Below the pieces are notes generated by a model. It was not told the DNA's origin. It ran no database searches and saw nothing but the letters and a program-made list of their open reading frames with translations. Shown here one piece after another: positions 1 to 13,808 of a stretch of 64,000 nt of DNA. Position 1 is the stretch's first letter; each line of letters starts with the position of its first letter. Both the position numbers and the translations under genes were made by a program. The stretch is from Patellaria atrata CBS 101060 (Eukaryota), in contig MU006091.1 of assembly GCA_010093705.1 (NCBI GenBank), forward strand, positions 372,001 to 436,000. Reading direction: 5' to 3'.

Positions 1-1303
1 GGCCGAGACCCCAAGTCGCTATCTCGACTTTCCCGGCAGCACCGGTGAATTGAGGGGGCGGGCTTGAAGTCGTGGGATAGCTGCTCACTTTGACGGAGGT
101 GAGGGTCTGGTTCCAGAACTGGCTGGCCGTGTGCGAAGCCGTGGATGGCTTGGGGCTTGTTGTCACCGGAGAGACGGGTGTGGTTGGTTCAGAGCTCATT
201 GTACCGGGAGTGACGGGAGTGGTGGGGTAAGTGGAGGGGGTGTAGGATTTGATGACCGTGGTTGTGATTTTGGAGGTTACGGTGTGGGTGTTGCAGGAGG
301 TTGAGGGGGTGGCTAGATGATGTTAAGTATCTGTTTGTTTATGGTGTTGAGGAAGAGACATACTTGATGCTGGTAGTGGCGGGGGAACCGTGCTCGTGAT
401 CTCCAGTGTGATTGTCGATTTCGTGGTCGTGGTGCAATCGGACGAGGGATGTGCTTCGGATGGCGCTTCGGCGGGGTATTCAGCAACTGGCGTTGTTGTC
501 TCGGGAGCTGAGGGTGGGGTCGATGTGCTGGGAGTTGTTGGCACAGGTGTGGGTTCCACGTATTCCTGTAGTAAATTAGTTTCCTGCGCGCTGATAACGT
601 AGACACTAGGAAAACTGGTAGAAAAGGATGGTTAGGGAGTGTCATCTGCCCGACTTACCTCTGCAACCGTCTCTACAGGGGTCTCCGAAGAAGCTGGGAC
701 AGTGTATGGCGCTGGCTCTGGAGTTGAAGAAGCAGACGAGGAAGAAGCGTGGTCGACGAGCTGAATGTACAGGGAGGCCTGGGAAGTGACTGCGGCGGAA
801 GAAGTAGATGTGGTAGGTTGGACATGAACTGGGGTCACTGCGGGTTGGAAGTTGTTGAACTTGCCCGAGGGTGGTAGTTCAACGGTTCCGACCTTGCATT
901 TTTCCCCGTTCCAGATACCGGAGCACATGCTTTGATCGACCTCGGTGACTTGAACAACCCAGTTCCCAGCATCAAGGCTACCCTCGATATTCCGAACGAC
1001 CGTGGGGCTCATGTCCAAGTGGCCAGCGGAATTGGTGCAAACGTCGACGACCAAGACATTCTCGCATCCTCGAGAGCCACAGACCTCCAAACAAGTTCCG
1101 CATTTTTCGACTCCAATGCCGCACCAAGCGGTAATCCTGTTCACATCTAGTGAGGTATACGGGATACCGCATGTCGGCGGGTTATTTACGTTATCAGCTA
1201 GTGAAAGATAGTCGTGATACGTCATGCTGTTGGCGGAAACCATCGAGGAAACCAGAGACACAACAGCGAGGAGAGAAGGGCTTTTCATGCTGATTGGTGC
1301 CAT
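1..1303 (-). CDS. Secreted, probably GPI-anchored cell-wall protein with an N-terminal RlpA/barwin/expansin-like double-psi beta-barrel domain and a Ser/Thr/Pro-rich stalk; 3' end lies beyond the window
   Basis: ATG at 1303 gives a hydrophobic signal peptide (MAPISMKSPSLLAVVSLVSSMVSA). The Cys pattern TCG...CGTCLEVCG..GC..VLVVDVC...HLDMS is typical of DPBB domains. Introns 566-658 and 313-363 (GT..AG) keep the frame. The frame runs to the window edge as PQFTGAAGKVEIATWGLG, resembling the start of a GPI signal. Confidence 0.8.
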
Positions 1304-2110
1304 TGTTATGTTTGCTTTTTGGAAATGATTGATTGACAATTGCGATTCTAGATTGATTGTATGGGTATACAAGGACGATTCAGCGCTGCTGAACCTGCTG
1401 CGACAGCGAAAAGATGGTCAAAGAGTGTGGTATATCCTTCCAGAAAAGAGCGACTGGGGCGGGATAAGATCCAAAAGAAAGTGATGTGGTTAGGTATGAG
1501 TGAGCGTTTAATTCATGAGTTTTTTTTGCCGGAAGATACCGCAAAGGGAGTGACAATTCTAAGTACACGTCAACACAAAGGAGTGAGTGGAGATGTGAAA
1601 ATAGAAAAGAGACAAAAGTGTGAGAGGTGAAGAAGAGGAAACAAAGAGAAGAAGAGGCTGTGGAGATTTGTTTGAAACGACGATAAGGCTTGGTCCTTGT
1701 TGGCACTCACTTCACCCCCTGGATTTTTGTTCCTGAAGATCAGGAGTTGGGGTAAAAATTGACGCGGGCTTTCGCGTGGTAGGCTGGTAGCTCTTGAGCT
1801 AATGTCAGGTACACGCCGTGCCCGCTTAGAGTCCCTATATTTGGCTTTGTGTCAAACGGAAACCACCAATAAAATCCTCAAAGTGTTGGTGTTTCATGCG
1901 CATTCGACACGTTGTGCTCTACATAAACTGGAAAAAGTCAACGAAGCCTTGAATAGATCCGACGATAAGATACCGACGGGGTACAAACTGTACAGAAATG
2001 TATGATTCTATCAACTGGAAAGACATCAATCAACGCAATCTTGTATCACCAAATCCCCTCACCTAGAATCTCTCCGTCGCCGCTCGTTGTCTTATCACTA
2101 GAACTAACAC

Positions 2111-3365
<1,255 letters not shown>

Positions 3366-3587
3366 ATTGATTAGGTGTGATCAGGTATAACTGAGAATGA
3401 CGCTGGCAATGTAAAGACAAAGATTTCAAGTAGTAGCCAAAGGGTGACAGTTGGATAGAAGAGGGCTACCTTACTGACAACATAAAAGACATTTGGCTTG
3501 TGAAATCCGGGGGAGGGTCCCCTTTGGTCCCCGCCATCAGCCATGATTTTGCTTGCTCAGAGGGAGTGATTTCCCTGCCGAATTAGA

Positions 3588-3593
3588 CCGAGG
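3588..3593. promoter_or_regulatory. CCGAGG (CCTCGG) FarA/FarB-type fatty-acid induction element upstream of the PTS1 enzyme
   Basis: Exact hexamer about 220 bp upstream of the ATG at 3365. The motif is known from Aspergillus peroxisomal and beta-oxidation promoters, but one 6-mer can occur by chance. Confidence 0.4.
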
Positions 3594-4142
3594 CATTTCC
3601 CTCTTTCGTCATTTCCGTGCTCACTAATCGATCCTTCCTCTTTGTGTCCACACCTCACATCCAAAAGGTATCTGGACTTCATCACTGCTAATCTTATCAT
3701 TTGCATAACAAAGTGCATGCGATAATGACACGCATTGGATACTGACGCATGACCGACCTAGGAACTGATTCACCAAACGCAGAGCTAGATAAATACTCTG
3801 TAGGGAGCACTTGAAGCTTACTATCTCTTGTGTTCCTATCAATACTTTACGCTCAGACGACGGTTAAACGTTAACAGAAGGTAGCCAAATGAATTCTGAG
3901 ATAAAAGAACGACCTCCATCTCCATCCCGAATACCAAAGAATATGAATTCAGCAGACCGTGGATAGGTCGAGAAGCCGCAATCTGTGGCACTATTATCAA
4001 CAATGTACTATACCATACATTGACCAATTCTCACTGTTGACATACAGTACTAGAAGTAGGTACCAGTATCATCAGTTCTGCATACATATCCCGTACAGTA
4101 CTCCATACCCTACTCCTCTTCAGCATGTTGATGGTAATGAAC

Positions 4143-4968
4143 ATGTGGAGGCTAGTGAGTGTTCACATTCTCTGTTTTAATAATTCATCCACGGACATTG
4201 ATAACAGTTCTTATGACGGAATTCATATCTCTTTTCAATTGGCAAAATTGACGTTAGAAAATCTCCCCCTCGGCTCGAATATTCTTTTTACTGTTCACAG
4301 GAACTTCCCCATAGATCAAGAGACAGAGGCAAAATAATGAATACATGAGAAGTATCTCTAAGGCTCTCATGGCTCCTTAACACTACTGTACCTAGCAGCT
4401 TTGCGCGAGGCCAAGAGGAAATATGAAGTACTTTACGGAAGTGGGAGAATACTCCACCCGAAAGAGGAAGCACTATTAAGAGCAAGTGCTGAGCAACTGA
4501 ACGATACCAGAAAGGTGCTACAGACTCGAGTTTTAAAAACGAACAGTGGACTCTTGACAAACAAGAAGGACTTTAAACCTCTTCTATTTAGACTGATTCA
4601 ATCGAAAAGTGAAAAAAAAAAAAGTTTCCGATGCCATAGATCAGTTGAGGGTAGAACTAATAGAAGCAGAGTTCTTGCAGGATTTAAAGTACAGACAGAC
4701 AAAGAGTAGCAGCTCGTTATGCCCAAAGAGCAATCCAGATCATTGCAGACGGCATAGTCCTCGCACAAACAACCATACTCGGACGTTGGGTACTAATACG
4801 GCCGTACGCCGGTACGTCCGGAAACACGGCAAGCATACAGAGGCCGACAACTGCCGACAATACCAGAAGAGAAGATGCCCGAACACAATAGTACATTGGT
4901 TTACACCGGACGTACAGACTCAGTTACTGCTAGATGACAACTATGACACAAGAAGGAATGTATCTTAG
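4143..4968 (+). pseudogene. Possible decayed gene of unknown family
   Basis: Helical, protein-like ORF pieces (4125-4337, 4401-4709, 4609-4968) are separated by stops and by a frameshift at an A12 run (4612-4623). No recognisable domain. Confidence 0.3.
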
Positions 4969-6556
4969 AATGTTGATCTGGCCCACAAAGCAGTACCTTG
5001 ACGCACGATGATAGGGGTTAATATCCGTAGGGCTCGCAAACTTATTAACTTACATTGCTGTGCATATCTCCAGATCTCTTTTGTTAATAATCCGGTGCGG
5101 AATTGAAGCACATCTCCAACAGGTGGGAGCTAGTGAGAAGATTTGAGTTGATATTTTTGGGGGGTAGATATGCCATTTATGACTTCTCCGTTGCCCGTTT
5201 TCGGCATCCTTACCTTCGGGCTACCGTTTACCGGTTTGCCGAGCGAGTATCCAACATAATATGATGGTGGGCTCTCAGCCCTGCCAGGCCTCCCTAGTAT
5301 GAATTTTTATCCGTGTGATGAAAGCAGGAGATTGCATGAAGTCTCGAAGCTCGAACAGCGTCATTGGGCCACGATCCGTAGGTGACATCCATTCGGCGAC
5401 CTCGATGGACTTTGCTGACAATACTGTACCGTAGGACCGGGTATTGGGGGCCAGGGTTATATCAAATCCAGTTCTTGATTCTCACAGTCGTAGGCCTGCG
5501 GTGCAATCATGTGCTCTTTAGGGCTGAAGATATGAGGAGGGGGCCGATACAATAAGTTTAGAGTTTGCCCGGTATTTTGGTATACCGAGTGCACCAAGTA
5601 CAGTACACCACTGATATCGATGCACTGTTACACAAAGTAGGGGGTTGTCCTTATTTATTAAAGACTTCGTACGCTGAAGGATCGAAGGAGCCGTCCGGGG
5701 AGCCCTGCGCCACGACTTCCGGCATGTATAAGAGAAAAGATCGACAGTTGTGCACACTACTGCAGTTTCTCTCTCTCCCTCTCACCGTCCTGGTGCATCA
5801 GTATGTTAGCTGCTACCAGGCTAATTATGGACAAGAATGCGGTCAAGATTCTCCCCTTATAGGAAGATTAAGGACTTATATGTACAAGAGTAGGGAAAGG
5901 GTAAGCGGAACCTTCCTTGCCCTTTCCCCCAGCTTCACTCGGGGTTGTTTGTCAGCCATACAATTCTGGAGTTGCTTCTCAATATACAACAGTTAGGCCT
6001 CCCGCCCAGCCATGAAGCGATTGGAACCAACAACACTTGTCTAACTCCACTCTTCACCCGCCCCAAAACGTCTCATGAGATTTTATACAAGATAGACGGG
6101 CCACGACGGGCTCATAAAATCGGCCTGCATCGCCTCAGAAGCCCAGATATGCGGTCTACGGGAGGATGCAGATCTGAAAAACGTCCCTTAGAACCAGCAC
6201 TAATCCAATTCCTCGCAAAACTCGTCCAAACTTTTGAGTTAATACGCGTACTCCTGTAACCCAAACTGGACAACCCCCGGATCAGAGCCAGGCGGGACGC
6301 AACGGTTGGAACATGTTGCGTGCACTTCGCCTAGTTCTACCTCTACGTCAAAGCACCAACAGGCTTGCATTAAAGGTCTGGTTTCATGATAAGGCTGAAT
6401 AGAAGTTCACTCGGAATTCCGCCGCTACTACTATTACTTAATTACTTATTCACAAAGCTTTTTAACTATCAGTCTGGCAAGCAGGACCACTACTACGAAT
6501 CTATTCCTCCTGGAGTCCTGGAAAGAAGTCCAACACAAAAGTAATTACTCTCCCTC

Positions 6557-8555
6557 ATGCCGGGCCACACGTCAGCAGTAAGGTCGGGCCGGGTTTACAA
6601 AAGGGAAGCCTGCAACAACTGCTCCGCTGCCAAGAGGGGATGTAGCCGTGAACACCCTATATGCTCCCGATGCTCACGACTCTCCCTATCATGTCATTAT
6701 CAGTATGAAAATACACAAGGTATCTAACAGCTTCAACCATACAATCATGGTAACTCGTCTTAACCGTCGTGTAGGAAACCGCTCTGTTCGACATGGAAGT
6801 ACTCCACCAGCTGGTCCAAGAAAATCGCTTGCTAGTGAGAAACGTGAAAAGGTTCATATGATCAGAATCATTGGTGCATGTTTACGATGTAGAATCAAGA
6901 AAAAAGAAGTAGGCCTCACCAAGATTAGCCTTATTTATCATAGTTTATGTTGACTTTTGAAGTGTGACGCCCATTTACACTGCGCTCACTGTTCTGCATT
7001 TGGAAATGCCTTATCGAGGAGCGGCCATATGTGTATCCGAGAAAAGCTGACTGCTTTAAGATATACAGAACTAGGTAGGTGTTGCAAGGTATCTTGGTAA
7101 AATACCTTACTGACGTCCTCCAGGTCGTTATCTCGATACTATTCAACTCTTCGCCAGCAACGGCATGTCAACACGTGCGTAATCCGATACGCAGTGCTAA
7201 GGCATCCACACTAACTGCTATAAAGATGTCAACCAGCAGGTTCTAGAGAAGCCATGGGACCGTCCATTCTACCAATCACTGCAAGCCGCTCGAGAATCCA
7301 AACAACTTATTCATCTCGCGGCAAAGTTAGACGCAAGAGAACCGAGGATGTCAGTCCATAGCGATTCAGAGAGATGGAAAGTCAACACGTCTTTCCAAGG
7401 TAGCTGTACTCATGAACCTGTGAGTGTGCATGCGTACGATGGACCCATCACGGAAGAGTGTCTCCAGGCATTGTTTGATGCTACGACGTCGCAACCAGGC
7501 ACTGTATTTACTAGATTGTGCGCAAGATACTCCGACCTTGGCCTACCAGGGGTAAGATTGGTAACTTCTCCTACATAAATACTATGTACCTAACATGGAA
7601 TAGTCCGAACTCGTATCTGCAACACTATCAGCGAACTCGTTTCTCGTCGGCGCAGCAAGCATACACTTCGCCCTGCATCATGGCCTGCTACCTAAAACGG
7701 GCGGACTCGATTTCGTCACCGGCATCGGGTATGCATTCGTCAGCTTGGCTAGCGAGTATGCCTTGTTGACCGAGCTCGAACGATTGATATGGAGCCGGGA
7801 AAGAAGGATACCGGAGAGCCATTGCTTGCCGGTATTCCTGTCCTTGATATGTCGCCAGAATCACTTACTGGATATTGCATGCGCTAGATTGCAGATGAAT
7901 CGTAAGTGACGTGGACTTATGGCTCATCCTAATGCATGACGAGTAGGAGAAATCGAATGTTAACGACGCCTACAGAACGCACTGCCGCCGAATTCTATAT
8001 CCAGCAAGTGCAAGTGCTGCACTCCCTCGAGCTCGTCTTTTTCGGTTCCAGCAACCCGCTGATGCTGGATTGGACGGCTCCAGGCCGTTACGCCAGGATC
8101 GGCAACGATCCAACCATGCTGAAGCTCATCGCGACCGCGAAAGAGACGCACCAACGTACGTACCCTACCTACCGGTCATTTCGGTTCCTTCTCTACTTGA
8201 TACCCCTTAAACCCCAAACTCAAAACCCATACTTACCCGTTTCCCTGACAGGTATGAACCTCCGCGCCTGGGTTACGGAATCCCTATCCCACTGCTCCGA
8301 ATCCGAAGCCATCGCCAAAGACATGATGGCCATCTCCAACGTGCTATGGCAAGGTAGGTCCGCACAAGTCCCTCAAAATCCCTATTAACCCTTTGTATTC
8401 ACCCCAATCTACCTTCCATTTTCACACACTCGTGTTTCTGGATGCGAGTGCTGTTCTCACTCCCCGCAGCGCAGAACCCGGAAGACAAACTCGCGGAGCT
8501 CCAGCGCGAATTCAGCGCCTCGTCGTCGCCACCAATCGTCAAGTTGGAGGCGTAG
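6557..8555 (+). CDS. Fungal transcription factor with two Zn(II)2Cys6 clusters
   Basis: Exon 1 (6557-6719) encodes ACNNCSAAKRGCSREHPICSRCSRLSLSC. After intron 6720-6774, exons 2/3 (intron 6909-6962) encode ACLRCRIKKKE|CDAHLHCAHCSAFGNALSRSGHMC. Later exons traced by hand splice in frame, including a GC-AG intron at 7163-7225. The end ...PPIVKLEA* at 8555 and the last exons are less certain. Confidence 0.82.
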
Positions 8556-8760
8556 GACGGATCAGACGGAGCGAGTTTGAAGGGTGTTTTGATGGGTTTG
8601 AGCGCTGGAGTTGGGGGGCGTAATAAAGGAAACGAAACAGGGAAGAGGTATGGGCATGGGAGTGAGAATATAATGAAGGAGTGATAATCGACGACGGGAA
8701 TACTGAGGTGGCTTCGAAGAGTTGGACGGCGGGGAACGGGAGTAGTATACGCTTAGGTAA

Positions 8761-8783
8761 CTGTACTGTACCGTACTGTACTG
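8761..8783. repeat. Imperfect pentanucleotide repeat (CTGTA)n
   Basis: ctgtactgtaccgtactgtactg read directly. Confidence 0.7.
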
Positions 8784-9302
8784 GACAGAAATAGGAGCTT
8801 TACAACATCCACTTTCTAAATCTCCGGGCCACGACACCTCGTGCTGGACACAGTCGACTGGAAAGTTCGCTGGAGGGCAATTGTATTAGGGCAAATAGCA
8901 GTAAAGGCATTAAGCAGACCGAGGGGTGCATTCCCTGGAACAGGAAATCAATTGGAGTCTCGATACCTCATTCACAGAATCACTCAGGCACTTCCTCTAT
9001 CGCAATTCTAATTCACAATCCTCAACCCACATGGCAAGAAAGTGCTGTTTTTAGGATAACTCATAACATTTGCCACCAACATGGTGAGCGCACCAACCCC
9101 CCAGGAGGAAAGTGCCCAAAGAAGAAGGTAGTCACGCATCCACCCAAAGTATCTAACCAAGGACAGAAATGGCGTCCAAAGGTCCTGAAACGCCTATTTT
9201 AACTCCCTCACGCTCAAAGTGCTTCAAACACCAACACCATATATTGTCTGTATCGGCGCCACCACGCCCTAGGGCGCTGGGCGCAGAGATGAAGCGAAAC
9301 TC

Positions 9303-11313
9303 TCACGTCCACTGTTCCCAGATCTTCGGTTTCGGTGGAGCGACGAGGGTATACTTCCACGTCTCCTTGCCGTCGACGAAGAGCGTGTAGTCCAAGAAAG
9401 CTTGGTCCGATATTTCTGGAGCTCTGATACTCACGGAGCCGAATTTGTAATTACCCCCTGGGATGTACCTGTGCGGAATCAGTCCCATATCACCAAGGTT
9501 AAGACTGCATATGTAAAAGAAAACTTACTTGATGATCTCATCTCCACCCATCTTCCAGAACGTCCTAACCGGCAAAAAAAACATGCTTAACGGACTCGCA
9601 CTGAACTCATGCACCGTCGCCTCTTTGCTCCACCTGCTGCCCTCAGGCGGGGGAAAACTGACGGCCGCAAATTCATGCCTATCACCACTGAGTACTACAA
9701 CACCGGTACCGTCCATACTAGCATCCCACATTGCTTCAAGGATCTTTTGCCGCTCCGCGAGGTAGCCGCCCCAGGTATCTTCACCTCCGAAGCGCCAGTT
9801 TTGGGTGAACGGGATAGAAGAAACGACAATCTTCCATCGGACATCAGGGTGGTTCCGATGATGGAGGAACACAAGAAGATCGTCTAGTTGCTCGGCGCCG
9901 AGCATAGTTTTTGCTGGATGGGCATCATGAAGGGGACGTTCTGGGCTGCGGTAGCGTCTAGTATCCATGAGGAAGAAAGAAGTTGGGCCCTGGGTGAACT
10001 GAAAGTATGTTGCGTTCTTACGGACTGCGGGTGGGTTGGCTGCAACATGGTAGAGCTGGAAGGGATCGTAGGCAGCTGCAAAGGGGTCAGTCGTGTTTTT
10101 ATCCCAGTCGTTGGCGATCTCGTGGTCGTCGAGGATGTGAATCCAAGGTAGTGACTCTGTTACAGCAGGCCAGTCGGGCGACGCATATACCTGACGGTAC
10201 TGTTTGCGAAAGCTTTCAGCATTGTCCTTGCCGTAGCGAATAGGAACGTCGCGGTAGATGAAGTCACCCAGGAAGATCATGAAGCGTGCTCCCAGATTAG
10301 CCTCTTTGAGGACTTTCGACAGATGTTGGAAGCCACGAATGTGAAGAGGATGATCGAAGGGATTATAGGGAACGCGAGGCTTGATACAGCTCGAGTGGAG
10401 GAATGTGTAGGAATTTCCTGGAGCGATGCCGATGTGGCCCTCTTTAGGGGCGGTTTTGAAGGTTCCAGAATGCCCATTCGAAGTTTTGTATACATAATCT
10501 GTGTCGTCTGCTAGTCGAGTGAGCGTTAGAACCTGCGTAAAGTCGGTTTCTTCTGAAGGTGGAGTGTTTATGGTAGCCCCTTGTCGCCAGTGATCAGAAC
10601 CGATTCCTTTCGAAACAGAGTATGTAAGCTTAAGCGGAATATCCGTCGCATTTGGTACTCTGACAAGAATTTCTGCTGAATGTGAAGCGACATATCCAAC
10701 TCTAGCGAAGGATAGCTCGTATTCGTGGTAAAGCAATGGGGCTCTGAAGGTATGATCTATAGCCATCGCGAGCAGTGCTGAGTTCACACCAAGCGAAATT
10801 AGATTCCATTTATTCGATTTGAGAACAGGCCAACCAGTCAACAAAGTGCGAAGTTTCTCTTGCCAGGAATGAAGCTCTTCTGGTGCTGGGAGCTCCGCTT
10901 TCGTGACCGTTTTTTTGATACTAATGCTAGTCCTTCTTTCTTTGCGAGGAGATGACCCATTAGTTTCTCGCTCACTGGTCTCTGCTCTGTCTATCTCGAT
11001 CGTTGTGATATCATAATGTTGGTCTTGGGTCAATAGCTTGTATAAGCTGGCGGTGTATGCGGCGAATAACGTAGGCAGCAGTTTTGGGCCAAACTACATT
11101 TGAGAAGATCAGTATTGTGTTTTTTCTTTCTACTCCGTATAGAGATTCATCGTTCGTAGCGTAAACTTACGCTATAAGGAATCTATCAAAACTATTAGCA
11201 TGCATTCGACGCGTTGTGAGTTCCAATTGACCTACCCATCTCAGGAACACCCAAACGCTGAATCGTAACACAATAGAGGTGACACCGGTGATCTGTTCTA
11301 AAGTGTGCCCCAT
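9303..11313 (-). CDS. PhoD-like alkaline phosphatase / metallophosphoesterase with N-terminal membrane segments
   Basis: Motifs FLGDFIYRD, ILDDHEIANDW, MDTRRYRS, DTWGGY and VLSGDRHEF. Short 5' exons from ATG 11313 (MGHTLEQITGVTSIVLRFSVWVFLRW). The last exon, YIPGGNYKFG...EQWT*, ends at 9303. Confidence 0.9.
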
Positions 11314-12105
11314 GGTGATATCCTATCTCAATCCCATCCGTAAGAGAAGACTGTGGAGGAATTGGTAATCGATTCAGCCTTAATTGTTATGTTAGAAATG
11401 TTGGAAACTTGGACGATGACTGTTTGCGGTGCAATACCTCAACAACGTCCAATCATCTCCAGCAAAACGGATTCAACGAAAAAATCACTGGAATAATTGC
11501 GATTTCGTGAAGAAGAAAGCTTTAAAAGATAAACAGAGCTTTGCTGGATTTAAAAGCGCGAAGTGTATCAAAAGACCTACAAGAGCTTGGGTTTCGATAT
11601 GAACGCTTGACACGACGTCACGTTCACGCACGAATCCCATAGTGGAATGTGCATTGCTAATACCAAAGCGTGCAAACCTAAGGTATGGCAGCATGTGAGA
11701 GAGGATAGTGCACTTCAGCACGAACGATCAACTATGATGATATAGGAGCATAATATTAGATGGGTAAGATTTATCTAGTAATAGGTATTACTTCACTTGC
11801 CATCAGTCTTATGCTAAGCCGTACGATACCCCTTATCCTACGATCAGGTACGATTTCAGTGTACAAACATTTGGCATTTCAGCAGAAGTCAGAATTGGGA
11901 GTATCCCATTGTGTGTACAGCATCGGTAGGGTAGCTAACGAGGTTCTACCCCGATTAAGGATGGTTTCAGACATCAGAATCTCAACAGTTGTGATACAGC
12001 AATGACACATTTCACAGATCGATGGCAAGGGTTCTTGAGCAGTATCAGTGGTTCTATTAGCCCTGCCTTTATTGAAAGCGCTGTTCAAGAATACCTAATA
12101 TATGC

Positions 12106-13649
12106 TTAGCTTTGTGCACTTTCCGCAAAACCAACGGCTTCTAGATCTTTAGACATAGTTTCAGGACCCGAAATCGGTGCTTCTGCATTCTTTTCCTCGC
12201 CGTCCTTTAACATGGTATACGGAGCAGGATTCTTCTTTGGCTCATTAGGGCCTTCAGATTTAAACTGGTACCCTCGAATTCTATCACAGTCAGCAAGAGC
12301 TCCCACTTCACTACATGTGCAATCATACCTTGGGCCTTGTCCTGTTTTCTCTGGTAACTCCACCGCATAGAACTGCTCGAATCTCGAAACTTCGTCTTCG
12401 AATGTACAAGATTCGATGCTATCGCGGATACCCACGAAGAACTCGTCCATAACGTGGTGATTGTGAATTTGCAACAGGTTCCATGCAAGCATTTCTTTAG
12501 CGTTTAGGAGGTGCTGAATATATGCTCGATGATGCTTTGTACAAGCGTAACACTTGCAGTTGGGACGAAGTGACGAAATATCAGTCGCGTGTTCTGAGGA
12601 CCACATGTCGATTCCAAGAGGATGTCTTCCCCTAATGTCACCTTTAGTTTGAGGAGCAGGGAAGCAAAAATCTAGCGCGATTCCAGCGTCCGTAGCCGCT
12701 CCGATGAAGGGAATCGTGAATATATCCATGCCTAGAAGAACCTGATTGAGAAGCTTGTGTGGATTTGATAGTTCACTGAAAGATAATCGGGGTAATGATG
12801 CGAGCTGATCGGGAATCTCTATCACTGATTCAGACTCGTAAAGAGCCAGCCCTGATATATGCTCCACCATATCATCTGCCAATTGATCCAGATACCAGGA
12901 CTGTAGTTCACCAGTTATCGGTAAAATAGGAGCAAATAATTGAAATGCTGAACTCTTCGTCAGCTTGTCTAGTCCAGTCTTGGCCGATATCATATCCTTC
13001 ATCCATGTTGCCGTTCTATCAGACATTTTATCTATCCTCTTTAGACTTGGTTTGAGCTGTCCAAATGGGATGTCTGCAATGCTAACCACTATATCCGGTC
13101 GAACCTTCTGCGCTACGATTGCGTATTCAGAAGTCTCCAGCTTGCCAAAACCGATAGAGGTCAATATGCCTATGGCAGTATTGGTATTTGATGCTGGATA
13201 TGATACTGGAGGTTGTCTTCGCGCTCCAAATATGGTGATGGTTTCCTGAGGTAATGCTATGAACTTCTTCAATGGCGATGTGCCATCGTCTGTTTTTACT
13301 TGATATAACGGAGGGGTATTTGGCGGTACTTTCTCTATATCTTGCAAGCTCCAGTTAGAGCGCGACTGTAAGCTTATTGTACAGAAACGATAACTACCTA
13401 AGACTTACAATCTTCAAGCGCAATATAAACACCAGGGCAGTTCATATGCTTTCTGTATACATCTTGGGATATGTGAGGAATGACACCTCTGGATGTAATC
13501 CCAATATAATGCGGCGTATCAATTGTGGCTTTGCCGGGAAAAGAGAACTTTCCCAGCCTTGCCTCGATCTGAGGTAGGGTTTTGAGGATATTAAACGAGA
13601 TCATCTCTTCTGGTAATCGAGAGAGCTTATCGGATGTCATTCCAGCCAT
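12106..13649 (-). CDS. QTRT2: Queuine tRNA-ribosyltransferase accessory subunit 2
   Basis: ARLGKF...IDTPHYIGITSRGVIPHISQD; zinc site CKCYAC..HHRAYIQHLLNAKEMLAWNLLQIHNHH; C-terminal GQGPR|IRGYQFKS. It resembles the non-catalytic TGT subunit. Confidence 0.88.
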
Positions 13650-13703
13650 ACTTGCATCGTGACCGGTAGACTGTTTCGATATGTGAAGTCGCGCAAATGC
13701 TTG

Positions 13704-13709
13704 ACGCGA
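13704..13709. promoter_or_regulatory. MCB-like ACGCGA element in the 159-bp divergent QTRT2 / thymidylate kinase intergenic region
   Basis: ACGCGAA plus a second CGCG core at about 13690. G1/S MBF control of dNTP genes is established in yeasts, but the motif is short. Confidence 0.35.
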
Positions 13710-13808
13710 ATTTGATGCCAAGCAAGCTTCCGAAACTGTACAGGACCTTAACGTCTTCTACTCCGCTTAAACACGAACAAGGAAACCGAAAATCTCCAGT
13801 CTAAGAAA

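Noticed and set aside
5170..6500. Several 80-140 aa ORFs upstream of the Zn-cluster gene
   Set aside because: No motif or consistent exon chain; treated as intergenic or promoter DNA.
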